NCBI GenBank assembly: GCA_964247055.1
Contig: OZ176052.1
Location: 13,206,001-13,270,000, forward strand
DNA length: 64,000 nucleotides
DNA from: Paragordius varius
Lineage: Eukaryota; Animalia; Nematomorpha
Direction: 5' to 3'
Below, one piece after another: positions 38,742-52,500 of the stretch (its first letter is position 1; every line of letters starts with the position of its first letter). The translations under genes were made by a program, and so were the position numbers. Under the pieces are notes generated by a model. The model was not told the origin of the DNA. It made no database searches and saw only the letters and a program-made list of their open reading frames with translations.

Positions 38742-41700
38742 AACAATACTTTAAAAATTAATGTATAAAGCTAGTCGCATGATTACTCAAGTTAAACTTT
38801 GTACTTAAAAATCGGATATTGGTCACCGGTGAACAAAATAATTTTTTATACATTGTCTTAGTAAGACTACATCAAAATATAGAGATAGTTTGACAAACTC
38901 TTTCATATCCGATTTTTACAACGATACTTTAAAAATTAATGTATTAAACTAGTCGCATCAATACTCAAGTTAAACTTTGTCCTTAAAAATCGGATATTGG
39001 TCACCGGTGAACAAAATTATTTTTTATACATTCTCTTAGTAAGACTACATCAAAATATAGAGATAGTTTGACAAACTCTTTCATATCCGATTTTTACAAC
39101 GATACTTTAAAAATTATGGTATTAAACCAGTCGCATCAATACTCAAGTTAAACTTTGTCCTTAAAAATCGGATATTGGTCACCGGTGAACAAAATTATTT
39201 TTTTACATTCTCTTAGTAGGACTACATATAAATATAGAGATAGTTTGGCAAACTCTTTCATATCCGATTTTTACAACAATACTTTAAAAATTAATGTATA
39301 AAACTAGTCGCATGATTACTCAAGTTAAACTTTGTCCTTAAAAATCGGATAATGGTCACCGGTGAACAAAATAATTTTTTATACATTCTCTTAGTAGGAC
39401 TACATATAAATATAGAGATAGTTTGGCAAACTCTTTCATATCCGATTTTTACAACAATACTTTAAAAATTAATGTATAAAACTAGTCGCATGATTACTCA
39501 AGTTAAACTTTGTCCTTAAAAATCGGATATTGGTCACCGGTGAACAAAATAATTTTTTATACATTCTCTTAGTAAGACTACATCAAAATATAGAGATAGT
39601 TTGACAAACTCTTTCCCGATTTTTACAACGATACTTTAAAAATTATGGTATTAAACCAGTCGCATTAATACTCAAGTTAAACTTTGTCCTTAAAAATCGG
39701 ATATTGGTCACCGGTGAACAAAATTATTTTTTATACATTCTCTTAGTAAGACTACATCAAAATATAGAGATAGTTTGAGAAACTCTTTCATATCCGATTT
39801 TTACAACGATACTTTAAAAATTAATGTATTAAACTAGTCGCATCAATACTCAAGTTAAACTTTGTCCTTAAAAATCGGGTTGGTCACCGGTGAACAAAAT
39901 AATTTTTTATACATTCTCTTAGCAAGACTACATCAAAATATAGAGATAGTTTGACAAATTCTTTCATATCCGATTTACGATACTTTATAAATTAATGTAT
40001 AAAACTAGTCGTATCAATAAGTCGCATCAATACTCAAGTTAAACTTTGTCCTTAAAAATCGGATATTGGTCACCGGTGAACAAAATAATTTTTTATACAT
40101 TCTCTTAGTAAGACTACATCAAAATATAGAGATAGTTTGACAAACTCTTTCATATCCGATTTTAACAACGATACTTTAAAAATTATGGTATTAAACCAGT
40201 CGCATTAATACTCAAGTTAAACTTTGTCCTTAAAAATCGGATATTGGACACCGGTGAACAAAATAATTTTTTATACATTGTCTTAGTAAGACTACATCAA
40301 AATATAGAGATAGTTTGACAAACTCTTTCATATCCGATTTTTACAACGATACTTTATAAATTAATGTATAAAACTAGTCGTATCAATAAGTCGCATCAAT
40401 ACTCAAGTTAAACTTTGTCCTTAAAAATCGGATATTGGTCACCGGTGAACAAAATACTTTTTTATACATTCTCTTAGTAAGACTACATCAAATTATATAG
40501 ATAGTTTGACAAACTCTTTCATATCCCATTTTTACAACGATACTTTAAAAATTATGGTATTAAACCAGTCGCATCAATACTCAAGTTAAACTTTGTCCTT
40601 AAAAATCGGATATTTGTCACCGGTGAACAAAATTATTTTTTATACATTCTCTTAGTAAGACTACATCAAAATATAGAGATAGTTTGACAAACTCTTTCAT
40701 ATCCGATTTTTACAACGATACTTTAAAAATTAATGTATAAAACTAGTCGCATGATTACTCAAGTTAAACTTTGTCCTTAAAAATCGGATATTGGTCACCG
40801 GTGAACAAAATTATTTTTTATACATTCTCTTAGTAGGACTACATCAAAATATAGAGATAGTTTGGCAAACTCTTTCATATCCGATTTTTACAACAATACT
40901 TTAAAAATTAATGTATAAAACTAGTCGCATGATTACTCATGTTAAACTTTGTCCTTAAAAATCGGATATTGGTCACCGGTGAACAAAATAATTTTTTATA
41001 CATTCTCTTAGTAAGACTACATCAAAATATAGAGATAGTTTGACAAACTCTTTCCCGATTTTTACAACGATACTTTAAAAATTATGGTATTAAACCAGTC
41101 GCATTAATACTCAAGTTAAACTTTGTCCTTAAAAATCGGATATTGGTCACCGGTGAACAAAATTATTTTTTATACATTCTCTTAGTAAGACTACATCAAA
41201 ATATAGAGATAGTTTGACAAACTCTTTCATATCCGATTTTTACAACGATACTTTAAAAATTAATGTATTAAACTAGTCGCATCAATACTCAAGTTAAACT
41301 TTGTCCTTAAAAATCGGGTTGGTCACCGGTGAACAAAATAATTTTTTATACATTCTCTTAGTAAGACTACATCAAAATATAGAGATAGTTTGACAAACTC
41401 TTTCATATCCGATTTTTACTACAATACTTTAAAAATAAATGTATAAAACTAGTCGCATGATTACTCAAGGTAAACTTTGTCCTTAAAAATCGGATATTGG
41501 ACACCGGTGAACAAAATAATTTTTTATACATTGTCTTAGTAAGACTACATCAAAATATAGAGATAGTTTGACAAACTCTTTCATATCCGATTTTTACAAC
41601 GATACTAAAATTAATGTATTAAACTAGTCGCATCAATACTCAAGTTAAACTTTGTCCTTAAAAATCGGATATTGGTCACCGGTGAACAAAATTATTTTTT

Positions 41701-44700
41701 ATACATTCTCTTAGTAAGACTACATCAAAATATAGAGATAGTTTGACAAACTCTTTCATATCCGATTTTTACAACGATACTTTAAAAATTAATGTATTAA
41801 ACTAGTCGCATCAATACTCAAGTTAAACTTTGTCCTTAAAAATCGGGTTGGTCACCGGTGAACAAAATAATTTTTTATACATTCTCTTAGTAAGACTACA
41901 TCAAAATATAGAGATAGTTTGACAAACTCTTTCATATCCGATTTTTACTACAATACTTTAAAAATTAATGTATAAAACTAGTCGCATGATTACTCAAGGT
42001 AAATTTGTCCTTAAAAATCGGATATTGGACACCGGTGAACAAAATTATTTTTTATACATTCTCTTAGCAAGACTACATCAAAATATAGAGATAGTTTGAC
42101 AAATTCTTTCATATCCGATTTACGATACTTTATAAATTAATGTATAAAACTAGTCGTATCAATAAGTCGCATCAATACTCAAGTTAAACTTTGTCCTTAA
42201 AAATCGGATATTGGTCACCGGTGAACAAAATAATTTTTTATACATTCTCTTAGTAAGACTACATCAAAATATAGAGATAGTTTGACAAACTCTTTCATAT
42301 ACGATTTTTGCAACGATACTTTAAAAATTATGGTATTAAACCAGTTGCATTAATACTCAAGTTAAACTTTGTCCTTAAAAATCGGATATTGGTCACCGGT
42401 GAACAAAATAATTTTTTATACATTCTCTTAGTAAGACTACATCAAAATATAGAGATAGTTTGACAAACTCTTTCATATCCGATTTTTACAACGATACTTT
42501 AAAAATTATGGTATTAAACTAGTCGCATCAATACTCAAATTAAACTTTGTCCTTAAAAATCGGATATTGGTCACCGGTGAACAAAATAATTTTTTATACA
42601 TTCTCTTAGTAAGACTACATCAAAATATAGAGATAGTTTGACAAACTCTTTCATATCCGATTTTTACTACAATACTTTAAAAATTAATGTATAAAACTAG
42701 TCGCATGATTACTCAAGGTAAACTTTGTCCTTAAAAATCGGATATTGGACACCGGTGAACAAAATAATTTTTTATATATTGTCTTAGTAAGACTACATTA
42801 AAATATAGAGATAGTTTGACAAACTCTTTCATATCCGATTTTTACAACGATACTAAAATTAATGTATTAAACTAGTCGCATCAATACTCAAGTTAAACTT
42901 TGTCCTTAAAAATCGGATATTGGTCACCGGTGAACAAAATTATTTTTTATACATTCTCTTAGTAAGACTACATCAAAATATAGAGATAGTTTGACAAACT
43001 CTTTCATATCCGATTTTTACAACGATACTTTATAAATTAATGTATAAAACTAGTCGTATCAATAAGTGGCATCAATACTCAAGTTAAACTTTGTCCTTAA
43101 AAATCGGATATTGGTCACCGGTGAACAAAATAATTTTTTATACATTCTCTTAGTAAGACTACATCAAATTATAGAGATAGTTTGACAAACTCTTTCATAT
43201 CCGATTTTTACAACGATACTTTAAAAATTATGGTATTAAACCAGTCGCATCAATACTCAAGTTAAACTTTGTCCTTAAAAATCGGATATTGGTCACCGGT
43301 GAACAAAATTATTTTTTATACATTCTCTTAGTAAGACTACATCAAAATATAGAGATAGTTTAACAAACTCTTTCATATCCGATTTTTACAACGATACTTT
43401 AAAAATTAATGTATAAAACTAGTCGCATGATTACTCAAGTTAAACTTTGTCCTTAAAAATCGGATATTGGTCACCGGTGAACAAAATTATTTTTTATACA
43501 TTCTCTTAGTAGGACTACATATAAATATAGAGATAGTTTGGCAAACTCTTTCATATCCGATTTTTAGAACAATACTTTAAAAATTAATGTATAAAACTAG
43601 TCGCATGATTACTCAAGTTAAACTTTGTCCTTAAAAATCGGATATTGGTCACCGGTGAACAAAATAATTTTTTATACATTCTCTTAGTAAGACTACATCA
43701 AAATATAGAGATAGTTTGACAAACTCTTTCATATCCGATTTTTACAACGATACTTTAAAAATTATGGTATTAAACCAGTCGCATCAAAACTCAAGTTAAA
43801 CTTTGTCCTTAAAAATCGGATATTGGTCACCGGTGAACAAAATAATTTTTTATACATTCTCTTAGTAAGACTACATCAAAATATAGAGATAGTTTGACAA
43901 ACTCTTTCATATCCGATTTTTACAACGATACTTTAAAAATTAATGTATTAAATTAGTCGCATCAATACTCAAGTTAAACTTTGTCCTTAAAAATCGGATA
44001 TTGGTCACCGGTGAACAAAATTATTTTTTATACATTCTCTTAGTAAGACTACATCAAAATATAGAGATAGTTTGACAAACTCTTTCATATCCGATTTTTA
44101 CAACGATACTTTATAAATTAATGTATAAAACTAGTCGTATCAATAAGTGGCATCAATACTCAAGTTAAACTTTGTCCTTAAAAATCGGATATTGGTCACC
44201 GGTGAACAAAATAATTTTTTATACATTCTCTTAGTAGGACTACATATAAATATAGAGATAGTTTGGCAAACTCTTTCATATCCGATTTTTACAACAATAC
44301 TTTAAAAATTAATGTATAAAACTAGTCGCATGATTACTCAAGTTAAACTTTGTCCTTAAAAATCGGATATTGGTCATGGTGAACAAAATAATTTTTTATA
44401 CATTCTCTTAGTAAGACTACATCAAAATATAGAGATAGTTTGACAAACTCTTTCCCGATTTTTACAACGATACTTTAAAAATTATGGTATTAAACCAGTC
44501 GCATTAATACTCAAGTTAAACTTTGTCCTTAAAAATCGGATATTGGTCACCGGTGAACAAATTTTTTTTTTATACATTCTCTTAGTAAGACTACATCAAA
44601 ATATAGAGATAGTTTGACAAACTCTTTCATATCTGATTTTTACAACGATACTTTAAAAATTAATGTATTAAATTAGTCGCATCAATACTCAAGTTAAACT

Positions 44701-45003
44701 TTATCCTTAAAAATCGGGTGGGTCACCGGTGAACAAAATAATTTTTTATACATTCTCTTAGCAAGACTACATCAAAATATAGAGATAGTTTGACAAACTC
44801 TTTCATATCCGATTTACGATACTTTATAAATTAATGTATAAAACTAGTCGTATCAATAAGTCGCATCAATACTCAAGTTAAACTTTGTCCTTAAAAATCG
44901 GGTGGGTCACCGGTGAACAAAATTATTTTTTATACATTCTCTTAGTAAGACTACATCCAAATATAGAGATAGTTTGACAAACTCTTTCATATCCGATTTT
45001 TAC
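38742..45003. repeat. Satellite sub-domain IV, rich in small deletions
   Basis: Recurrent CTTTCCCGA (39611, 41050, about 44451), TCGGGTT/TCGGGTGG, GATTTACGA, GGACACC, TACTACAAT, CAAGGT and GATACTAAAATT. Local periods are 1439 bp (8-mer) and 529 bp (3-mer). Confidence 0.8.
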
Positions 45004-45739
45004 AACGATACTTTAAAAATTAATGTATAAAACTAGTCGTATCAATAAGTCGCATCAATACTCAAGTTAAACTTTGTCCTTAAAAATCTCATATTGGTCA
45101 CCGGTGAACAAAATTATTTTTTATACATTCTCTTAGTAAGACTACATCAAAATATAGAGATAGTTTGACAAACTCTTTCATATCCGATTTTTACAACGAT
45201 ACTTTAAAAATTAATGTATAAAACTAGTCGCATCAATACTTAAGTTAAACTTTATCCTTAAAATTGGATATTGGTCACCGGTGAACAAAATAATTTTTTA
45301 TACATTCTCTTAGTAAGACTACATCAAAATATAGAGATAGTTTGACAAACTCTTTCATATCCGATTTTTACAACGATACTTTAAAAATTATGGTATTAAA
45401 CCAGTCGCATCAATACTCAAATTAAACTTTGTCCTTAAAAATCGGATATTGGTCACCGGTGAACAAAATTATTTTTTATATATTCTCTTAGCAAGACTAC
45501 ATCAAAATATAGAGATAGTTTGACAAACTCTTTCATATCCGATTTTCACAACGATACTTTAAAAATTAATGTATAAAACTAGTCGTATCAATAAATCGCA
45601 TCAATACTCAAGTTAAACTATGTCCTTAAAAACGGACATTGGTCACCGGTGAACAAAATTATTTTTTATACATTCTCTTAGTAGGACTACATCAAAATAT
45701 AGAGATAGTTTGGCAAACTCTTTCATATCCGATTTTTAC

Positions 45740-48700
45740 AACGATACTTAAAAAATTAATGTATAAAACTAGTCGCATCAATACTCAAGTTAAACTTTGT
45801 CCTTAAAAATCGGATATTGGTCACCGGTGAACAAAATTATTTTTTATACATTCTCTTAGTAAGACTACATCAAAATATAGATATAGTTTGACAAACTCTT
45901 TCATATGCGATTTTTACAACGATACTTTAAAAATTAATGTATTAAACTAGTCGCATCAATACTCAAGTTAAACTTTATCCTTAAAAATTGGATATTGGTC
46001 ACCGGTGAACAAAATTATTTTTTATATATTCTCTTAGCAAGACTACATCAAAATATAGAGATAGTTTTACAAACTCTTTCATATCCGATTTTTACAACGA
46101 TACTTTAAAAATTAATGTATAAAACTAGTCGCATCAATACTTAAGTTAAACTTTATCCTAAAAATTGGATATTGGTCACCGGTGAACAAAATAATTTTTT
46201 ATACATTCTCTTAGTAAGACTACATCAAAATATAGAGATAGTTTGACAAACTCTTTCATATCCGATTTTTACAACGATACTTTAAAAATTATGGTATTAA
46301 ACTAGTCGCATCAATACTCAAATTAAACTTTGTCCTTAAAAATCGGATATTGGTCACCGGTGAACAAAATTATTTTTTATATATTCTCTTAGCAAGACTA
46401 CATCAAAATATAGAGATAGTATGACAAACTCTTTCATATCCGATTTTTACAACGATACTTTAAAAATTAATGTATAAAACTAGTCGTATCAATAAGTCGC
46501 ATCAATACTCAAGTAAACTTTGTCCTTAAAAATCTCATATTGGTCACCGGTGAACAAAATTATTTTTTATACATTCTCTTAGTAAGACTACATCAAAATA
46601 TAGAGATAGTTTGACAAACTCTTTCATATCCGATTTTTACAACGATACTTTAAAAATTAATGTATAAAACTAGTCGCATCAATACTCAAATTAAACTTTG
46701 TCCTTAAAAATCGGATATTGGTCACCGGTGAACAAAATTATTTTTTATATATTCTCTTAGCAAGACTACATCAAAATATAGAGATAGTTTGACAAACTCT
46801 TTCATATCCGATTTTCACAACGATACTTTAAAAATTAATGTATAAAACTAGTCGTATCAATAAGTCGCATCAATACTCAAGTTAAACTTTGTCCTTAAAA
46901 ATCTCATATTGGTCACCGGTGAACAAAATTATTTTTTATACATTCTCTTAGTAGGACTACATCAAAATATAGAGATAGTTTGGCAAACTCTTTCATATCC
47001 GATTTTTACAACGATACTTAAAAAATTAATGTATAAAACTAGTCGCATCAATACTCAAGTTAAACTTTGTCCTTAAAAATCGGATATTGGTCACCGGTGA
47101 ACAAAATTATTTTTTATACATTCTCTTAGTAAGACTACATCAAAATATAGATATAGTTTGACAAACTCTTTCATATGCGATTTTTACAACGATACTTTAA
47201 AAATTAATGTATTAAACTAGTCGCATCAATACTCAAGTTAAACTTTATCCTTAAAAATTGGATATTGGTCACCGGTGAACAAAATTATTTTTTATATATT
47301 CTCTTAGCAAGACTACATCAAAATATAGAGATAGTTTTACAAACTCTTTCATATCCGATTTTTACAACGATACTTTAAAAATTAATGTATAAAACTAGTC
47401 GCATCAATACTTAAGTTAAACTTTATCCTTAAAATTGGATATTGGTCACCGGTGAACAAAATAATTTTTTATACATTCTCTTAGTAAGACTACATCAAAA
47501 TATAGAGATAGTTTGACAAACTCTTTCATATCCGATTTTTACAACGATACTTTAAAAATTATGGTATTAAACTAGTCGCATCAATACTCAAATTAAACTT
47601 TGTCCTTAAAAATCGGATATTGGTCACCGGTGAACAAAATTATTTTTTATATATTCTCTTAGCAAGACTACATCAAAATATAGAGATAGTATGACAAACT
47701 CTTTCATATCCGATTTTTACAACGATACTTTAAAAATTAATGTATAAAACTAGTCGTATCAATAAGTCGCATCAATACTCAAGTAAACTTTGTCCTTAAA
47801 AATCTCATATTGGTCACCGGTGAACAAAATTATTTTTTATACATTCTCTTAGTAAGACTACATCAAAATATAGAGATAGTTTGACAAACTCTTTCATATC
47901 CGATTTTTACAACGATACTTTAAAAATTAATGTATAAAACTAGTCGCATCAATACTCAAATTAAACTTTGTCCTTAAAAATCGGATATTGGTCACCGGTG
48001 AACAAAATTATTTTTTATATATTCTCTTAGCAAGACTACATCAAAATATAGAGATAGTTTGACAAACTCTTTCATATCCGATTTTCACAACGATACTTTA
48101 AAAATTAATGTATAAAACTAGTCGTATCAATAAGTCGCATCAATACTCAAGTTAAACTTTGTCCTTAAAAATCTCATATTGGTCACCGGTGAACAAAATT
48201 ATTTTTTATACATTCTCTTAGTAGGACTACATCAAAATATAGAGATAGTTTGGCAAACTCTTTCATATCCGATTTTTACAACGATACTTAAAAAATTAAT
48301 GTATAAAACTAGTCGCATCAATACTCAAGTTAAACTTTGTCCTTAAAAATCGGATATTGGTCACCGGTGAACAAAATAATTTTTTATACATTCTCTTAGT
48401 AAGACTACATCAAAATATAGAGATAGATTGACAAACTCTTTCATATCCGATTTTTACAACGATACTTTAAAAATTAATGTATTAAACTAGTCGCATCAAT
48501 ACTCAAGTTAAACTTTGTCCTTAAAAATCGGATATTGGTCACCGGTGAACAAAATTATTTTTTATACATTCTCTTAGCAAGACTACATCAAAATATAGAG
48601 ATAGTTTGACAAACTCTTTCATATCCGATTTTTACAACGATACTTTAAAAATTAATGTATTAAACTAGTCGCATCAATACTCAAATTAAACTTTGTCCTT

Positions 48701-49372
48701 AAAAATCGGATATTGGTCACCGGTGAACAAAATTATTTTTTATATATTCTCATAGCAAGACTACATCAAAATATAGAGATAGTATGACAAACTCTTTCAT
48801 ATCCGATTTTTACAACGATACTTTAAAAATTAATGTATAAAACTAGTCGTATCAATAAGTCGCATCAATACTCAAGTAAACTTTGTCCTTAAAAATCTCA
48901 TATTGGTCACCGGTGAACAAAATTATTTTTTATACATTCTCTTAGTAAGACTACATCAAAATATAGAGATAGTTTGACAAACTCTTTCATATCCGATTTT
49001 TACAACGATACTTTAAAAATTAATGTATAAAACTAGTCGCATCAATACTCAAATTAAACTTTGTCCTTAAAAATCGGATATTGCTCACCGGTGAACAAAA
49101 TTATTTTTTATATATTCTCTTAGCAAGACTACATCAAAATATAGAGATAGTTTGACAAACTCTTTCATATCCGATTTTCACAACGATACTTTAAAAATTA
49201 ATGTATAAAACTAGTCGTATCAATAAGTCGCATCAATACTCAAGTTAAACTTTGTCCTTAAAAATCTCATATTGGTCACCGGTGAACAAAATTATTTTTT
49301 ATACATTCTCTTAGTAGGACTACATCAAAATATAGAGATAGTTTGGCAAACTCTTTCATATCCGATTTTTAC
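45740..49372. repeat. 7-mer higher-order repeat (1270 bp) x2, followed by a derived 6-mer (1093 bp)
   Basis: Starts at 45740, 47010 and 48280, with the next at 49373. Markers ATATGCGA (45901/47171), AATCTCATAT, CAAGTAAAC and GATAGTATG. GATAGATTG recurs at 48421 and 49514. Confidence 0.9.
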
Positions 49373-49550
49373 AACGATACTTAAAAAATTAATGTATAAA
49401 ACTAGTCGCATCAATACTCAAGTTAAACTTTGTCCTTAAAAATCGGATAATGGTCACCGGTGAACAAAATAATTTTTTATACATTCTCTTAGTAAGACTA
49501 CATCAAAATATAGAGATAGATTGACAAACTCTTTCATATCCGATTTTTAC

Positions 49551-52500
49551 AACGATACTTTAAAAATTAATGTATTAAACTAGTCGCATCAATACTCAAG
49601 TTAAACTTTGTCCTTAAAAATCGGATATTTATCACCGGTGAACAAAATTATTTTTTATACATTCTCTTAGCAAGACTACATCAAAATATAGAGATAGTTT
49701 GACAAACTCTTTCATATCCGATTTTTACAACGATACTTTAAAAATTAATGTATTAAACTAGTCGCATCAATACTCAAGTTAAACTTTGTCCTTAAAAATC
49801 GGATATTGGTCACCGGTGAACAAAATTATTTTTTATACATTCTCTTAGTAATTACATCAAAATATAGAGATAGTTTGACAAACTCTTTCATATCCGATTT
49901 TTACAACGATACTTTAAAAATTAATGTATTAAACTAGTCGCATCAATACTCAAGTTAAACTTTGTCCTTAAAAATCGGATATTGGTCACCGGTGAACAAA
50001 ATTATTTTTTATACATTCTCTTAGTAAGACTACATCAAAATATAGAGATAGTTTGACAAACTCTTTCATATCCGATTTTTACAACGATACTTTAAAAATT
50101 AATGTATTAAACTAGTCGCATCAATACTCAAGTTAAACTTTGTCCTTAAAAATCGGATATTGGTCACCGGTGAACAAAATAATTTTTTATACATTCTTTT
50201 AGTAAGACTACATCAAAATATAGAGATAGTTTGACAAACTCTTTCATATCCGATTTTTACAACGATACTTTAAAAATTATGGTATTAAACCAGTCGCATC
50301 AATACTCAAGTTAAACTTTGTCCTTAAAAATCGGATATTGGTCACCGGTGAACAAAATTATTTTTTATACATTCTCTTAGCAAGACTACATCAAAATATA
50401 GAGATAGTTTGACAAACTCTTTCATATCCGATTTTTACAACGATACTTTAAAAATTAATGTATTAAACTAGTCGCATCAATACTCAAGTTAAACTTTGTC
50501 CTTAAAAATCGGATATTGGTCACCGGTGAACAAAATAATTTTTTATACATTCTCTTAGTAAGACTACATCAAAATATAGAGATAGTTTGACAAACTCTTT
50601 CATATCCGATTTTTACAACGATACTTTAAAAATTATGGTATTAAACCAGTCGCATCAATACTCAAGTTAAACTTTGTCCTTAAAAATCGGATATTGGTCA
50701 CCGGTGAACAAAATTATTTTTTATACATTCTCTTAGCAAGACTACATCAAAATATAGAGATAGTTTGACAAACTCTTTCATATCCGATTTTTACAACGAT
50801 ACTTTAAAAATTAATGTATTAAACTAGTCGCATCAATACTCAAGTTAAACTTTGTCCTTAAAAATCGGATATTGGTCACCGGTGAACAAAATTATTTTTT
50901 ATACATTCTCTTAGCAAGACTACATCAAAATATAGAGATAGTTTTACAAACTCTTTCATATCCGATTTTTACAACGATACTTTAAAATTAATGTGTTAAA
51001 CTAGTGGCATCAATACTCAAGTTAAACTTTGTCCTTAAAAATCGGATATTGGTCACCGGTGAACAAAATTATTTTTTATACATTCTCTTAGTAAGACTAC
51101 ATCAAAATATAGAGATAGTTTGACAAACTCTTTCATATCCGATTTTTAGAACGATACTTTAAAAATTATGGTATTAAACCAGTCGCATAAATACTCAAGT
51201 TAAACTTTGTCCTTAAAAATCGGATATTGGTCACCGGTGAACAAAATTATTTTTTATACATTCTCTTAGCAAGACTACATCAAAATATAGAGATAGTTTG
51301 ACAAACTCTTTCATATCCGATTTTTACAACGATACTTTAAAAATTAATGTATTAAACTAGTCGCATCAATACTCAAGTTAAACTTTGTCCTTAAAAATCG
51401 GATATTGGTCACCGGTGAACAAAATTATTTTTTATACATTCTCTTAGCAAGACTACATCAAAATATAGAGATAGTTTTACAAACTCTTTCATATCCGATT
51501 TTTACACCGATACTTTAATATTAATGTATAAAACTAGTCGCATCAATACTCAAGTTAAACTTTGTCCTTAAAAATCGGATATTGGTCACCGGTGAACAAA
51601 ATTATTTTTTATACATTCTCTTAGCAAGACTACATCAAAATAAAGAGATAGTTTGACAAACTCTTTCATATCCAATTTTTACAACGATACTTTATAAATT
51701 AATATATAAAACTAGTCGTATCAATAAGTCGCATCAATACTCAAGTTAAACTTTGTCCTTAAAAATCGGATATTGGTCACCGGTGAACAAAATAATTTTT
51801 TATACATTCTCTTAGTAAGACTACATCAAAATATAGAGATACTTTGACAAACTCTTTCATATCCGATTTTTACAACGATACTTTAAAAAATTATGGTATT
51901 AAACCAGTCGCATCAATACTCAAGTTAAACTTTGTCCTTAAAAATCGGATATTGGTCACCGGTGAACATAATTATTTTTTATACATTCTCTTAGTAAGAC
52001 TACATCAAAATATATAATAGTTTGACAAACTCTTTCATATCCGATTTTTACAACGATACTTTAATATTAATGTATAAAACTAGTCGCATCAATACTCAAG
52101 TTAAACTTTATCCGTAAAAATCGGATATTGGTCACCGGTGAACAAAATAATTTTTTATACATTCTCTTAGTAAGACTACATCAAAATATAGAGATAGTTT
52201 GACAAACTCTTTCATATCCAATTTTTACAACGATACTTTAAAAATTATGGTATTAAACCAGTCGCAATACTCAAGTTAAACTTTGTCCTTAAAAATCGGA
52301 TATTGGTCACCGGTGAACAAAATTATTTTTTATACATTCTCTTAGTAAGACTACATCAAAATATAGAGATAGTTTGACAAACTCTTTCATATCCGATTTT
52401 TAGAACGATACTTTAAAAATTATGGTATTAAACCAGTCGCATCAATACTCAAGTTAAACTTTGTCCTTAAAAATCGGATATTGGTCACCGATGAACAAAA

